A stretch of 64,000 nt of DNA from contig JBBFLA010000005.1 in NCBI GenBank assembly GCA_037481795.1, forward strand, positions 25,512 through 89,511. The letters are read 5' to 3'. The position numbers and the translations under genes were made by a program. Positions 19,257 through 27,831 of this stretch are shown in pieces. The notes below the pieces were generated by a model. That model searched no databases. It was not told where the DNA came from and saw only the letters and a list, made by a program, of their open reading frames with translations. The DNA comes from Spirochaetota bacterium. Its GTDB lineage: Bacteria > Spirochaetota > UBA4802 > UB4802. The first letter of the stretch is position 1, and each line of letters starts with the position of its first letter.

Positions 19257-20087
19257 ATGAAATATACACGATTTATTGCAATATGTGTTATGATAGCAAG
19301 TGTGGTGTTTGTAGGGGTTTTCCCCGAGAAAGCACAATCAAGAATTGTTACTAATGTTCAGCCTGATATTAGTGCTGAGCAGTATAATGCACTTGTGGTG
19401 GAAGATTTTGAAACACAGTCAGATTGGGTTTTGGAGACAGTTCCTAAAAAACATCAGGACCCCAAAAAAGATCCTGTACCATTACTGGAAATGAAATATG
19501 TTGATGGTGGACCAGCTGACCTGATTCCGGAAAAGTGGAGCCCTCTCAACAAGGGATTGGAAAAGAAGAAATGTTTAGGCATTCACTTTAAATTTAAATA
19601 TCCCGGATTTAATTCTGTTCATATATTGCCGCCTTTGGAAGTTCGCTGGGATGATCCAACACAAAAAGTATTAACGTATGACTCTCGCGCTGGTCAGGAA
19701 GTTCAGGAACGTGCTATACAGCTTCCAGGAAGAGCGAAAGCAGTTTCTGTATGGGTACATGGCAGAGGAAATAATTATGATCTGGAAGTTTGGATAAAGG
19801 ATTATAAAGGTGATGTACATATATTAAAGATGGGTTCGTTGAATTTTGTTGGTTGGCGACCAATGAAAGCATATATTCCTGAGTACGTGCCACAGGAAAC
19901 CAATTCCTACCCTCAGACACGAGTTACCAAAATTGTGCGTTTTGTAGTCAGGGCAAAACCTGAAGCCGGAAATGAAGATGTATATCTATTCTTTGATCAG
20001 ATAAAAGTTCTTACTGATACATTTGAGGTCAATTTTGACGGGCAGAATCTCCATCAATTAATGGAAAAGGGTGGAGGGATAAAATAA
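19257..20087 (+). CDS. flaA: flagellar filament outer-layer (sheath) protein, FlaA family, second paralogue
   Basis: Signal peptide, then VSVWVHGRGNNYDLEVWIKDYKGDVHILKMGSLNFVGWRPMKAYIPEYVP, the same block as the upstream gene. Confidence 0.8.
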   Translation: MKYTRFIAICVMIASVVFVGVFPEKAQSRIVTNVQPDISAEQYNALVVEDFETQSDWVLETVPKKHQDPKKDPVPLLEMKYVDGGPADLIPEKWSPLNKGLEKKKCLGIHFKFKYPGFNSVHILPPLEVRWDDPTQKVLTYDSRAGQEVQERAIQLPGRAKAVSVWVHGRGNNYDLEVWIKDYKGDVHILKMGSLNFVGWRPMKAYIPEYVPQETNSYPQTRVTKIVRFVVRAKPEAGNEDVYLFFDQIKVLTDTFEVNFDGQNLHQLMEKGGGIK

Positions 20088-20120
20088 ATTTTATCATCAA
20101 GTCAAAAATCATTTGGACAG

Positions 20121-20154
20121 GCAAACACCACGGGAATCCGTGGTGTTTGCTTTG
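20121..20154 (+). terminator. rho-independent terminator after the flaA pair
   Basis: GCAAACACCACGG (20121-20133) pairs with CCGTGGTGTTTGC (20138-20150) across the loop GAAT, followed by TTTG. Confidence 0.75.
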
Positions 20155-20411
20155 AAGTTATGTTAAAGAAAAATGTGCCTTTCAATAAAAGTTCTTGCTT
20201 TTTTGTTATAGAAAATTTAGAGTATACCAAATTACCTGGTATATTATTAATTCCTTCCTTTATAATAATTATGGGCTAAATATTTTGGTGCATATGCTTT
20301 GAAGGGTGAGGTAGTATTTAAGCGAAATTAAAGTGATGGCTAAAACTATACAAATTATATAATATGTAGTATGCAGATACATAATACTGTGTTCATTAAT
20401 GAGGGGCAGAT

Positions 20412-23108
20412 ATGGAAAAGGAAAAGTTGATTGAACGTGTAAATTCAATGTTTAAAGAAGAGATGTGGGGAAGGCTTGACCCCAAAGATGTAGGGATATC
20501 ACGTTTTAGAATACTTGATGATCTCTTCAATTCTATAGTTGCTGCAGGAATTGTAAAAGAAGTTAGAGATATATGTAAGGAACACATCCAGAGTCATCCA
20601 GATTCTATTGTTGCATCGTATCTTATTGGGTTAACCGGATATCATCTTGATATTATTGATGATAAAATGGAGATGCGACGGATGATTGATATGTATCAAA
20701 AATATCATAAATGGGTCATTGTTGAACTTCTATCAGAAAAGGTTCTAGAATATGGGGAAAGCAGTTTTGCTTTAAAATCATTAGCAACAAGCTTAGAGCG
20801 ATTGGGAAGAAGCAAGGAAGCCATTCCGGTTTGGGAAAACCTGCTTAAAATAGATAGATTTGATGCTGAAGTGGCAAAAAAATTAGCTGTTGCCCTGATA
20901 GATGAGGATAAACCAAAAAGTATCCAGTACATGAAGCTTTCAATTGAAGGGCATATTAAGAATGGACTTTATGATGAAATTGCTGACCTGTGGAACAAGC
21001 TTGTTCAAGTATCATGGGAAGATATTCAGTTTTTTGAAAGAATTGAAAGGATGCTTATTGAGGCACGCCAGTATGAACTGACAGCTTCACTGTTAAAAGT
21101 ATTACTTCACAAATATAAAGATGAAGAACATCCTGACCAGTCAATTCAAATACTAAAGAAGATACTGGAATATACACCCAATGATACAGCAGCTCGCAGG
21201 GATTTGGTAAAATTATATGAAAAGAAATACGGTGCTCATTCACAGTTCCAGCTCTTCCTGAAGTTATCAAAACTTAACAATTTTAAATATCCGGTGAAGC
21301 ATGCTATTCAGGATTTTGAAAACAGTATAATTTTTGATAAAGGACATTATGTGCGGCATAGAAGCTGGGGTGTGGGAAGAATTGTAGATATTACTCCAAA
21401 TAACATAATAATTGATTTTAAAGAAAAACCCGGACATCAGATGTCTGTTCAAATGGCGCTACAGGCATTAACGCCTCTTAAAAGCGATCATATCCAGGTA
21501 TTAAAATATGAAGACTATGAAGGTCTTAAAAAGCTTTTTGAAGAAGATTTTCTGCAGTTTTTTGAAATTCTTATCCGCTCATACAATGGTAGTATAGCAC
21601 TAGCAGATGTAAAAAAGGAACTGATACCGGATTTTGTAAGTGAAAAGGCATGGGCAAAATGGTGGAGTAATAAAAGAACTGAAATTAAGAAGTCACCTTT
21701 GTTTGGCATTTCACCGGAGAAAAAAGATGTTATAATAATGCGTGATAAACCGCTGACGTTTGCCGATGAATTACTTGATAATTTCCTTAAGACAGATTCA
21801 TTTACTGAAAAACTTGATGTTGCCATTGAGTTTGTAAATAATATTGATGCCGGAGAAGGAGTTGCCGTAACACAATTCTTTATTGATTATTTTTCGGGGG
21901 AATTGAAAGGAGATTCAGTTACTAGAAAGATCTTATCGTATTTTATTTTAAACGGACTGAGCAAGTTTATAGATGCAAAAAAGCTTAAACTTGATCAGGC
22001 ATATAAGAATATAATTGCAATAGTGAAAGAATCACAGGATCTTCCATCAATATCACGCAAAATAGGATCTTATGATTATAAAAAGGATCTAATTAATCTA
22101 ATAAAAGAAGCAAGAGAAGACTGGGCTGATATCTATTCTCAAATTCTTTTTGAAACACCTGTCCGAATACATAAGTATATCGTTAATATTTTAATCAGAT
22201 CACATGAATATGGTATTATTAACAGATTTGTTGAAAAGGCGCTTATTGGGGCAAAAGAGTTCCCTGAAATATTTTTGTGGGTATCAAGAAACCTTCTTAC
22301 AAAATCATGGGATTATGAATGGCTGGATTATTCCCGCGAACAACTGGTGCTTACTTTATTCAGATTAATGAATGAACTCAAGAAAATTGAACAAAAGGGT
22401 AGCAAACTTAAAAACCTGGCGCTGGACATTATATTTGATAATGATGCTGCCGTATTAAAAGATATTGTTAATACCTTTGACATTCAATTTTTAGGAAAAG
22501 TATATGATATAGTTGGCAGTATACCTTATATTGAAGATTCTATGCGGGATAAATTTTTAGAAATTATTAAATCACGCTATCCCGAATTCAAACCATTGCT
22601 GAAAACTACAGAAGAAGAATGGAAAGTTGATGCTGAGGTGCTTATAACAACACAGGAAGGATATGTTCGGAAACAGGAAGAGCTTAACAGACTGGTAAAT
22701 ATAGAGTTAGCTGCAATTTCAAAAGAGCTTGCTAAGGTTTCTGATGCAACAGGAGATGTCCGTGAAAATGTGGAATATAATGCTTTGCTTGAAAAACAGT
22801 CAATACTCAAACGAGATATTAATAAACTGGAAAGCGAGATTAAGAAGGCTCAAATACTTGATTTGAACTCTGTGTCAATTGATAAAGTAAGTATAGGTAC
22901 TGTGGTCACAATAAGGGGAGATGGTGAAAAAGAAACTTTTGCCATTCTGGGACCGTGGGATGCTGATTTTGAAAAACGTATTTTATCCTATCGCTCACCT
23001 ATTGCGCAGGCGTTACTTGGCAAAAAACAAGGTGATGTGGTAGAAATACGAAAAAATGAGCAGATTAAACAATATACCATTGAAACAATTGAGAAGTATA
23101 AGCCATGA
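20412..23108 (+). CDS. greA: giant GreA-family transcript cleavage factor (about 730-aa N-terminal extension plus C-terminal GreA module)
   Basis: The last ~165 aa are colinear with GreA (GDVRENVEYNALLEKQ coiled-coil, then VSIGTVVTI...ILGPWDADFEKRILSYRSPIAQALLGKKQGDVVEI). The N-terminus is helical-repeat rich and contains a GHYVRHRSWGVGRIVDI segment. Confidence 0.85.
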   Translation: MEKEKLIERVNSMFKEEMWGRLDPKDVGISRFRILDDLFNSIVAAGIVKEVRDICKEHIQSHPDSIVASYLIGLTGYHLDIIDDKMEMRRMIDMYQKYHKWVIVELLSEKVLEYGESSFALKSLATSLERLGRSKEAIPVWENLLKIDRFDAEVAKKLAVALIDEDKPKSIQYMKLSIEGHIKNGLYDEIADLWNKLVQVSWEDIQFFERIERMLIEARQYELTASLLKVLLHKYKDEEHPDQSIQILKKILEYTPNDTAARRDLVKLYEKKYGAHSQFQLFLKLSKLNNFKYPVKHAIQDFENSIIFDKGHYVRHRSWGVGRIVDITPNNIIIDFKEKPGHQMSVQMALQALTPLKSDHIQVLKYEDYEGLKKLFEEDFLQFFEILIRSYNGSIALADVKKELIPDFVSEKAWAKWWSNKRTEIKKSPLFGISPEKKDVIIMRDKPLTFADELLDNFLKTDSFTEKLDVAIEFVNNIDAGEGVAVTQFFIDYFSGELKGDSVTRKILSYFILNGLSKFIDAKKLKLDQAYKNIIAIVKESQDLPSISRKIGSYDYKKDLINLIKEAREDWADIYSQILFETPVRIHKYIVNILIRSHEYGIINRFVEKALIGAKEFPEIFLWVSRNLLTKSWDYEWLDYSREQLVLTLFRLMNELKKIEQKGSKLKNLALDIIFDNDAAVLKDIVNTFDIQFLGKVYDIVGSIPYIEDSMRDKFLEIIKSRYPEFKPLLKTTEEEWKVDAEVLITTQEGYVRKQEELNRLVNIELAAISKELAKVSDATGDVRENVEYNALLEKQSILKRDINKLESEIKKAQILDLNSVSIDKVSIGTVVTIRGDGEKETFAILGPWDADFEKRILSYRSPIAQALLGKKQGDVVEIRKNEQIKQYTIETIEKYKP

Positions 23109-24358
23109 ACTCATTCAGAGAATATTTTACATACCGCAATGGCAAACTATACTGCGAAGATGTTTCATTGGAAGAGATAGCAGAAAAGTATGGTACTCCT
23201 GTGTATGTTTATTCTTCAAAATGCTTTATTGATAAATTTACACAGCTTGACAAAGCATTGTCCAACCATCCGCATCTTATTTGTTATTCAGTAAAATCTA
23301 ATTCAAATATTAATATTTTGCGAATGATGCAAAGCGTGGGTTGTGGAATGGATGTAGTGTCAGGTGGAGAAATTTACAGAGCTATCGCTGCAGGGGTCAA
23401 ACCTGAAAAAATTGTTTATGCAGGTGTTGGAAAAACAACTTCTGAGATTGAACTTGCCCTTACAACAGGAATACGTATGTTTAATTGTGAATCCTTGCCA
23501 GAAATTGAAAGAATTAATACGGTAGCTCAAAGTATGAACAAAACGGCACATATTGCAATACGGGTAAATCCGGATGTTACAGCTAATACTCACCATTATA
23601 TTACAACAGGCAGGAAGGAAAATAAATTTGGTATTTCAATGCAGCTACTGCCCCATATTGTCAGTGCTATAAAGAATATGCCACATGTAAAATTGACTGG
23701 ACTCCATGTTCATATAGGGTCTCAGATCACTGATGTTGAGCCATTTGAAGAAGCATGCAATAGGGCACTGGAAGTAATGCTTAAACTCAAGGCAATGGGG
23801 ATGGATGAATGTACAACGTTAAATTTAGGTGGTGGTTTTGGCATTCAATATAATGACGGAAATTCGCTTGATATAGGCAAGTGGGCAACAATCATTGATA
23901 ATGTAATTAAAGATAAACATATATTTTTGATTATTGAGCCAGGAAGATATATTTCCGGAAACAGTGGTGCACTGCTAACACGCGTACAGTATAAAAAGAA
24001 AGCTGATACAAAAACGTTTATTATAGTTGATTCGGGCATGCACCAATTAATCAGGCCAACATTGTATCAGGCATATCAGCATATTGCAAATGTAACATTG
24101 CGTGAAGGGGAGGAGATAGTTGATGTAGTTGGTCCCATTTGTGAATCAGGAGATTTTTTTGCCAAGGACAGAGTAATTTCATATACCAAGCAGGATGACT
24201 GTCTTGCGGTGCTATCAGCAGGGGCGTATGGTATGGCAATGGCTTCCCGGTATAATTCGCATCCATTGCCAGCAGAGGTGCTGATAGAGGGTAATACGCA
24301 CAGGCTTATCCGCAGCAGGGAAACATATGAAGATCTTATTGCACAGGAAAGAGTATAA
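23105..24358 (+). CDS. lysA: diaminopimelate decarboxylase
   Basis: YSVKSN (PLP lysine), GGGFG and CESGD motifs. ATGA overlap with the greA stop. Confidence 0.92.
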   Translation: MNSFREYFTYRNGKLYCEDVSLEEIAEKYGTPVYVYSSKCFIDKFTQLDKALSNHPHLICYSVKSNSNINILRMMQSVGCGMDVVSGGEIYRAIAAGVKPEKIVYAGVGKTTSEIELALTTGIRMFNCESLPEIERINTVAQSMNKTAHIAIRVNPDVTANTHHYITTGRKENKFGISMQLLPHIVSAIKNMPHVKLTGLHVHIGSQITDVEPFEEACNRALEVMLKLKAMGMDECTTLNLGGGFGIQYNDGNSLDIGKWATIIDNVIKDKHIFLIIEPGRYISGNSGALLTRVQYKKKADTKTFIIVDSGMHQLIRPTLYQAYQHIANVTLREGEEIVDVVGPICESGDFFAKDRVISYTKQDDCLAVLSAGAYGMAMASRYNSHPLPAEVLIEGNTHRLIRSRETYEDLIAQERV

Positions 24359-24418
24359 CAATTAAATTTTTTATTTGACAAATATATAATGTGATAAAAT
24401 CAATACTAATAAAATAAA

Positions 24419-24502
24419 GCCGCGATGGCGGAATTGGTAGACGCGCCAGGTTCAGGGTCTGGTGGGCGTACGCCTGTGAGGGTTCAAATCCCTCTCGCGG
24501 CA
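24419..24502 (+). tRNA. tRNA-Leu (anticodon CAG), class II with long variable arm; CCA not encoded
   Basis: The acceptor GCCGCGA pairs with TCGCGGC and has discriminator A. The anticodon stem is CCAGG/TCTGG with loop TTCAGGG. The variable arm is GTGGGCGTACGCCTGTG. The T arm is GAGGG-TTCAAAT-CCCTC. Confidence 0.93.
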
Positions 24503-24512
24503 ATTTTATCCC

Positions 24513-25154
24513 TCATATCTTCTCTATCATATCAAGAAAAACATTAATTGGCTGAGCGCCTACAAATTCATAAATATCGTTAATCACCACTTTAGGTACT
24601 GAAGAAACATTATGTTTTACTGCCAGTGGTGTAAATGTGGTACTTTCTACCATGTCAGCAGTGATGTTTGAGTTTTCAATGGCTATTCTATGAGCTGTTG
24701 TCACCGCACCTGGACAGTATGGGCATGTTAATGTAACAAATACTTGTATATGAATTGGCTTTGAAATCTTTTTTATACGCGATAGTATTGAATCAGGTAA
24801 TGACTCCGTTACACCGGAGATTTCAACACACGCTGCAATGAATGAATTAATTTCATATCCTGCAGGTATACCAAAAAAACGCACACCTTTAATGTTCTTA
24901 TTTGCATCGGTAATGACAATTGCAGGGATTTTATCAATCCCAAATTCTTTAGCGATATCCGCATTTTTTAAAAAGTCGTACACATTAAGTGAAATCCTGT
25001 CATTGAGGCTTGCTATTTCTTCAACAAACTGATGTGTAGTCTGGCAGGTGGGACACTCCATTTCTTGAGTAAAAAAATTAATGATAATGGGGTTCTTAAT
25101 TTTAGACAGTAACTGTGATAATTGTGATTTAACTTTCTCGTCAAAAAGAGCCAT
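24513..25154 (-). CDS. two-domain glutaredoxin/thioredoxin-like protein (PDO / AhpF N-terminal-domain-like)
   Basis: Two thioredoxin-fold halves, each with a CxxC: CPTC in the first half and CPYC in the second. Confidence 0.75.
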   Translation of the reverse strand: MALFDEKVKSQLSQLLSKIKNPIIINFFTQEMECPTCQTTHQFVEEIASLNDRISLNVYDFLKNADIAKEFGIDKIPAIVITDANKNIKGVRFFGIPAGYEINSFIAACVEISGVTESLPDSILSRIKKISKPIHIQVFVTLTCPYCPGAVTTAHRIAIENSNITADMVESTTFTPLAVKHNVSSVPKVVINDIYEFVGAQPINVFLDMIEKI

Positions 25155-25173
25155 ACTTGCCTCCGTAATAAAT

Positions 25174-26157
25174 TTATTTATTGGTTAATACGTAGTCACA
25201 TGCTGATAATGCTGCTTTTGCTCCTTCTCCAGCTGCTATGATTATCTGCTTGTATGGGACGGACGTAACATCACCAGCTGCAAATATCCCCGGACGAGAT
25301 GTCCTGCAGCTGCAATCAATAATAATTTCGCCATATTCATTCAGCGAAACAACATTTTTAACCAGTTCGGTATTGGGTACAAGACCTATCTCAATAAAAA
25401 TTCCTTGAACAGACAATGTATTGTCTTTTTTGCTTTTAATATCATGAACGGTAACAGTTTCTACTGCGCTAGTTCCGTGTATTGCTTTAACTTCATGTTC
25501 ATACAGTATGGTGACATTGGTAAATTTTGATAATTCATCTACAAGCACCTTATCAGCAGTTAATGCAGGCAACAGTTGAACCACTGTTACTGATGTTGCA
25601 AGTTTTGCCAGATCAATTGCAGCTTCAATAGCAGAGTTCCCACCTCCAACAACAATGACATCTTTATCCTTAAAAAGTGGGGCATCGCAGATAGCACAGT
25701 ATGCAACACCCTTTCCGGTAAGTTCAGCTTCCCCCGGGACATTGAGTCTGCGCCATCGCTTGCCGGTGGTTATAATTATCGATTTTGCCTGATAGACATT
25801 CCCATCTTCACATTCTACTTTTTTAATATTTCCATCTATGACTTTGGTTGCCTTGTACCCTTGAAGGAATCCTATCTCAAATTGTTCCACCTGTTCTTTA
25901 AAACGCTGTACCAGTGAGATGCCTTCAATATGCCTGTAGCCCATATAATTTTCTACTGTTGATGTTTCGGCAACCTGACCACCAACATCCAGAGTAATGA
26001 GACCTGTTTTAACTCCTTTGCGCATGCAGTAGACTGCAGCAGTCAATGCTGCTGGCCCACCACCAACTATCAACACATCATATAAGGTTGAACTATCAAG
26101 CGGAACAGTTCTTTGTTCAATTGTTTCAAGTCCTGGAAGATTAAATGTTAATTCCAT
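25174..26157 (-). CDS. thioredoxin-reductase-like flavoprotein (AhpF C-terminal-like)
   Basis: VGGGPAALTAAVY FAD fold, redox CAICD, VVGGGNSAIEAA NAD(P)H fold and FAAGDV. Confidence 0.88.
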   Translation of the reverse strand: MELTFNLPGLETIEQRTVPLDSSTLYDVLIVGGGPAALTAAVYCMRKGVKTGLITLDVGGQVAETSTVENYMGYRHIEGISLVQRFKEQVEQFEIGFLQGYKATKVIDGNIKKVECEDGNVYQAKSIIITTGKRWRRLNVPGEAELTGKGVAYCAICDAPLFKDKDVIVVGGGNSAIEAAIDLAKLATSVTVVQLLPALTADKVLVDELSKFTNVTILYEHEVKAIHGTSAVETVTVHDIKSKKDNTLSVQGIFIEIGLVPNTELVKNVVSLNEYGEIIIDCSCRTSRPGIFAAGDVTSVPYKQIIIAAGEGAKAALSACDYVLTNK

Positions 26158-26333
26158 GGAGACTCCTTTTAAACATTCTTATTTTAAAATAGTAATATAA
26201 CATTTATTATTCGTCAAGAAATAAATTGAGTATTCTATTCCCTGGTAATTAGGAAATTATCAATGGAGATCAGAAATTAGGGATATGATTATTAGATAAT
26301 TCAAAGTGAGATAAGCTTATATTAAAATGAATA

Positions 26334-26363
26334 AAGATGGGCACATTTCCATGTACCCATCTT
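26334..26363 (-). terminator. hairpin terminator downstream of the GntR-family gene
   Basis: AAGATGGGCACAT (26334-26346) pairs with ATGTACCCATCTT (26351-26363) with one mismatch. The minus-strand downstream sequence is T-rich. Confidence 0.55.
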
Positions 26364-26378
26364 CATTTGGAAGATATT

Positions 26379-27128
26379 TTATTTTAATATCCTTTTCAAT
26401 GTGCGCTCTAAATAGTCTATGTGTTCAACAACAGCTTCACGTGCCAGATCTGGTTTATGTGAGTTTATGGCATCCAGGATCTTGATATGGTGTTCATAAA
26501 TATCATTAGATGTGTTTTTTACTTTGGCTAATTTTTCACGGCTATAAGGAAGGACGCCTCTCAGGATAGTTGATATTGCATTGAGTATATGTGCAAAAAT
26601 GGTATTATTGGTTGCTTCGTAAAGGTGATTATAAAATTGTGCATAAAATTTACCACCTTCGCGCTTTTGAATCAGGTTTTCTACTCCCATCAGTTCAATC
26701 TGGGTTCTGAATGAATTGAGTTTTCTTCTTTGTTCCTCATTTGCGCGTAAGGCTGCTAACGCTGCAGCTTCAGCGTCAATGATGCGGCGTACTTCCAAAA
26801 GCTCCCATATTTTTTTATGGTCAATCTGTATTAAGCCTTCGATTGGGGTTTTGATTGCATCATCAACAACTGACTTTACATATTTGCCTTTTCGTCCCTG
26901 GGACTCAATATACCCTTTGGCTTCTAATAGCTTCATTGCTTCGCGTAATGAAATACGGCTGATACCAAAGCGCCGTGTCATCTCCAGTTCGGATGGAAGC
27001 CTGTCGCCTGGTTTTAGAACACCGGAAGAAATGAGTTCAATAATTTGTGAAACCACCATGCTTGGGATATCAGGAGCTTTTTCAATCTTATTGATCATTA
27101 ACTGTATGCCTTTATTTCTTGCTGCCAT
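26379..27128 (-). CDS. GntR-family transcriptional regulator, FadR/FCD subfamily
   Basis: AAGGAG lies 9 nt upstream of the ATG. It has a winged HTH (LPSELEMTRRFGISRISLREAMKLLEAKGYI) and a helical FCD-type C-terminus. Confidence 0.88.
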   Translation of the reverse strand: MAARNKGIQLMINKIEKAPDIPSMVVSQIIELISSGVLKPGDRLPSELEMTRRFGISRISLREAMKLLEAKGYIESQGRKGKYVKSVVDDAIKTPIEGLIQIDHKKIWELLEVRRIIDAEAAALAALRANEEQRRKLNSFRTQIELMGVENLIQKREGGKFYAQFYNHLYEATNNTIFAHILNAISTILRGVLPYSREKLAKVKNTSNDIYEHHIKILDAINSHKPDLAREAVVEHIDYLERTLKRILK

Positions 27129-27831
27129 GTATTAGATCTCCTTTTTTTGTTGATGTGTTATTATTAATTTTAAAAAAAAACTTTTTTAAAAAAAGCTGTA
27201 TTTGGTAATATCGTAATACATAATATAATATTAAATTATTTATGTCAATCATAATAATATTGCAAATTGCTATAGCGATACATACAAATTAATATAATTA
27301 AAAGAACAGGAAAATTATTGTATTATTATATCATTACTATACAACAAATCTAAAAAAAATATGATTTGATTTATTGTATGTCAATATTTTGAGTTTATGT
27401 AATATTGTTATAATACAGGTGGGATTGAAAGTGTAGATAATTATTAATTCGAGCTATTAATTAAACAATTTTATGACTAAAAACGTAAACATGATTGCCA
27501 AGAAGAATAGTGATTGAGTTAGTTTTGTAAATGGTATATCACATGGTGTGATTATTGAGATGTAACTTTGCAGTCAGTTGTAGCAAAACACTTTGGGTAA
27601 CTGCAACAGATTTTTTCTTAAAACGACCATTTAGATATACCTGTGTGATACTATTTTACAGTATATTTATAGATATTATTTATGTCTTGTGTGAAAACTA
27701 AAGCTATATGATCTGGTATGTACATTAAACTACAATGATATAAAAAAGTTTTAATTGACGGGTATGTTAATATACCCTCTATTGATTGAAGATTTTAAAT
27801 TCAACCGGTATGTGGAGGATGCTGATAAACC

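Noticed and set aside
24375-24380. TTGACA as the -35 element of a tRNA-Leu promoter
   Set aside because: No acceptable -10 hexamer lies at 16-18 nt spacing. TAAAAT is only 14 nt away.
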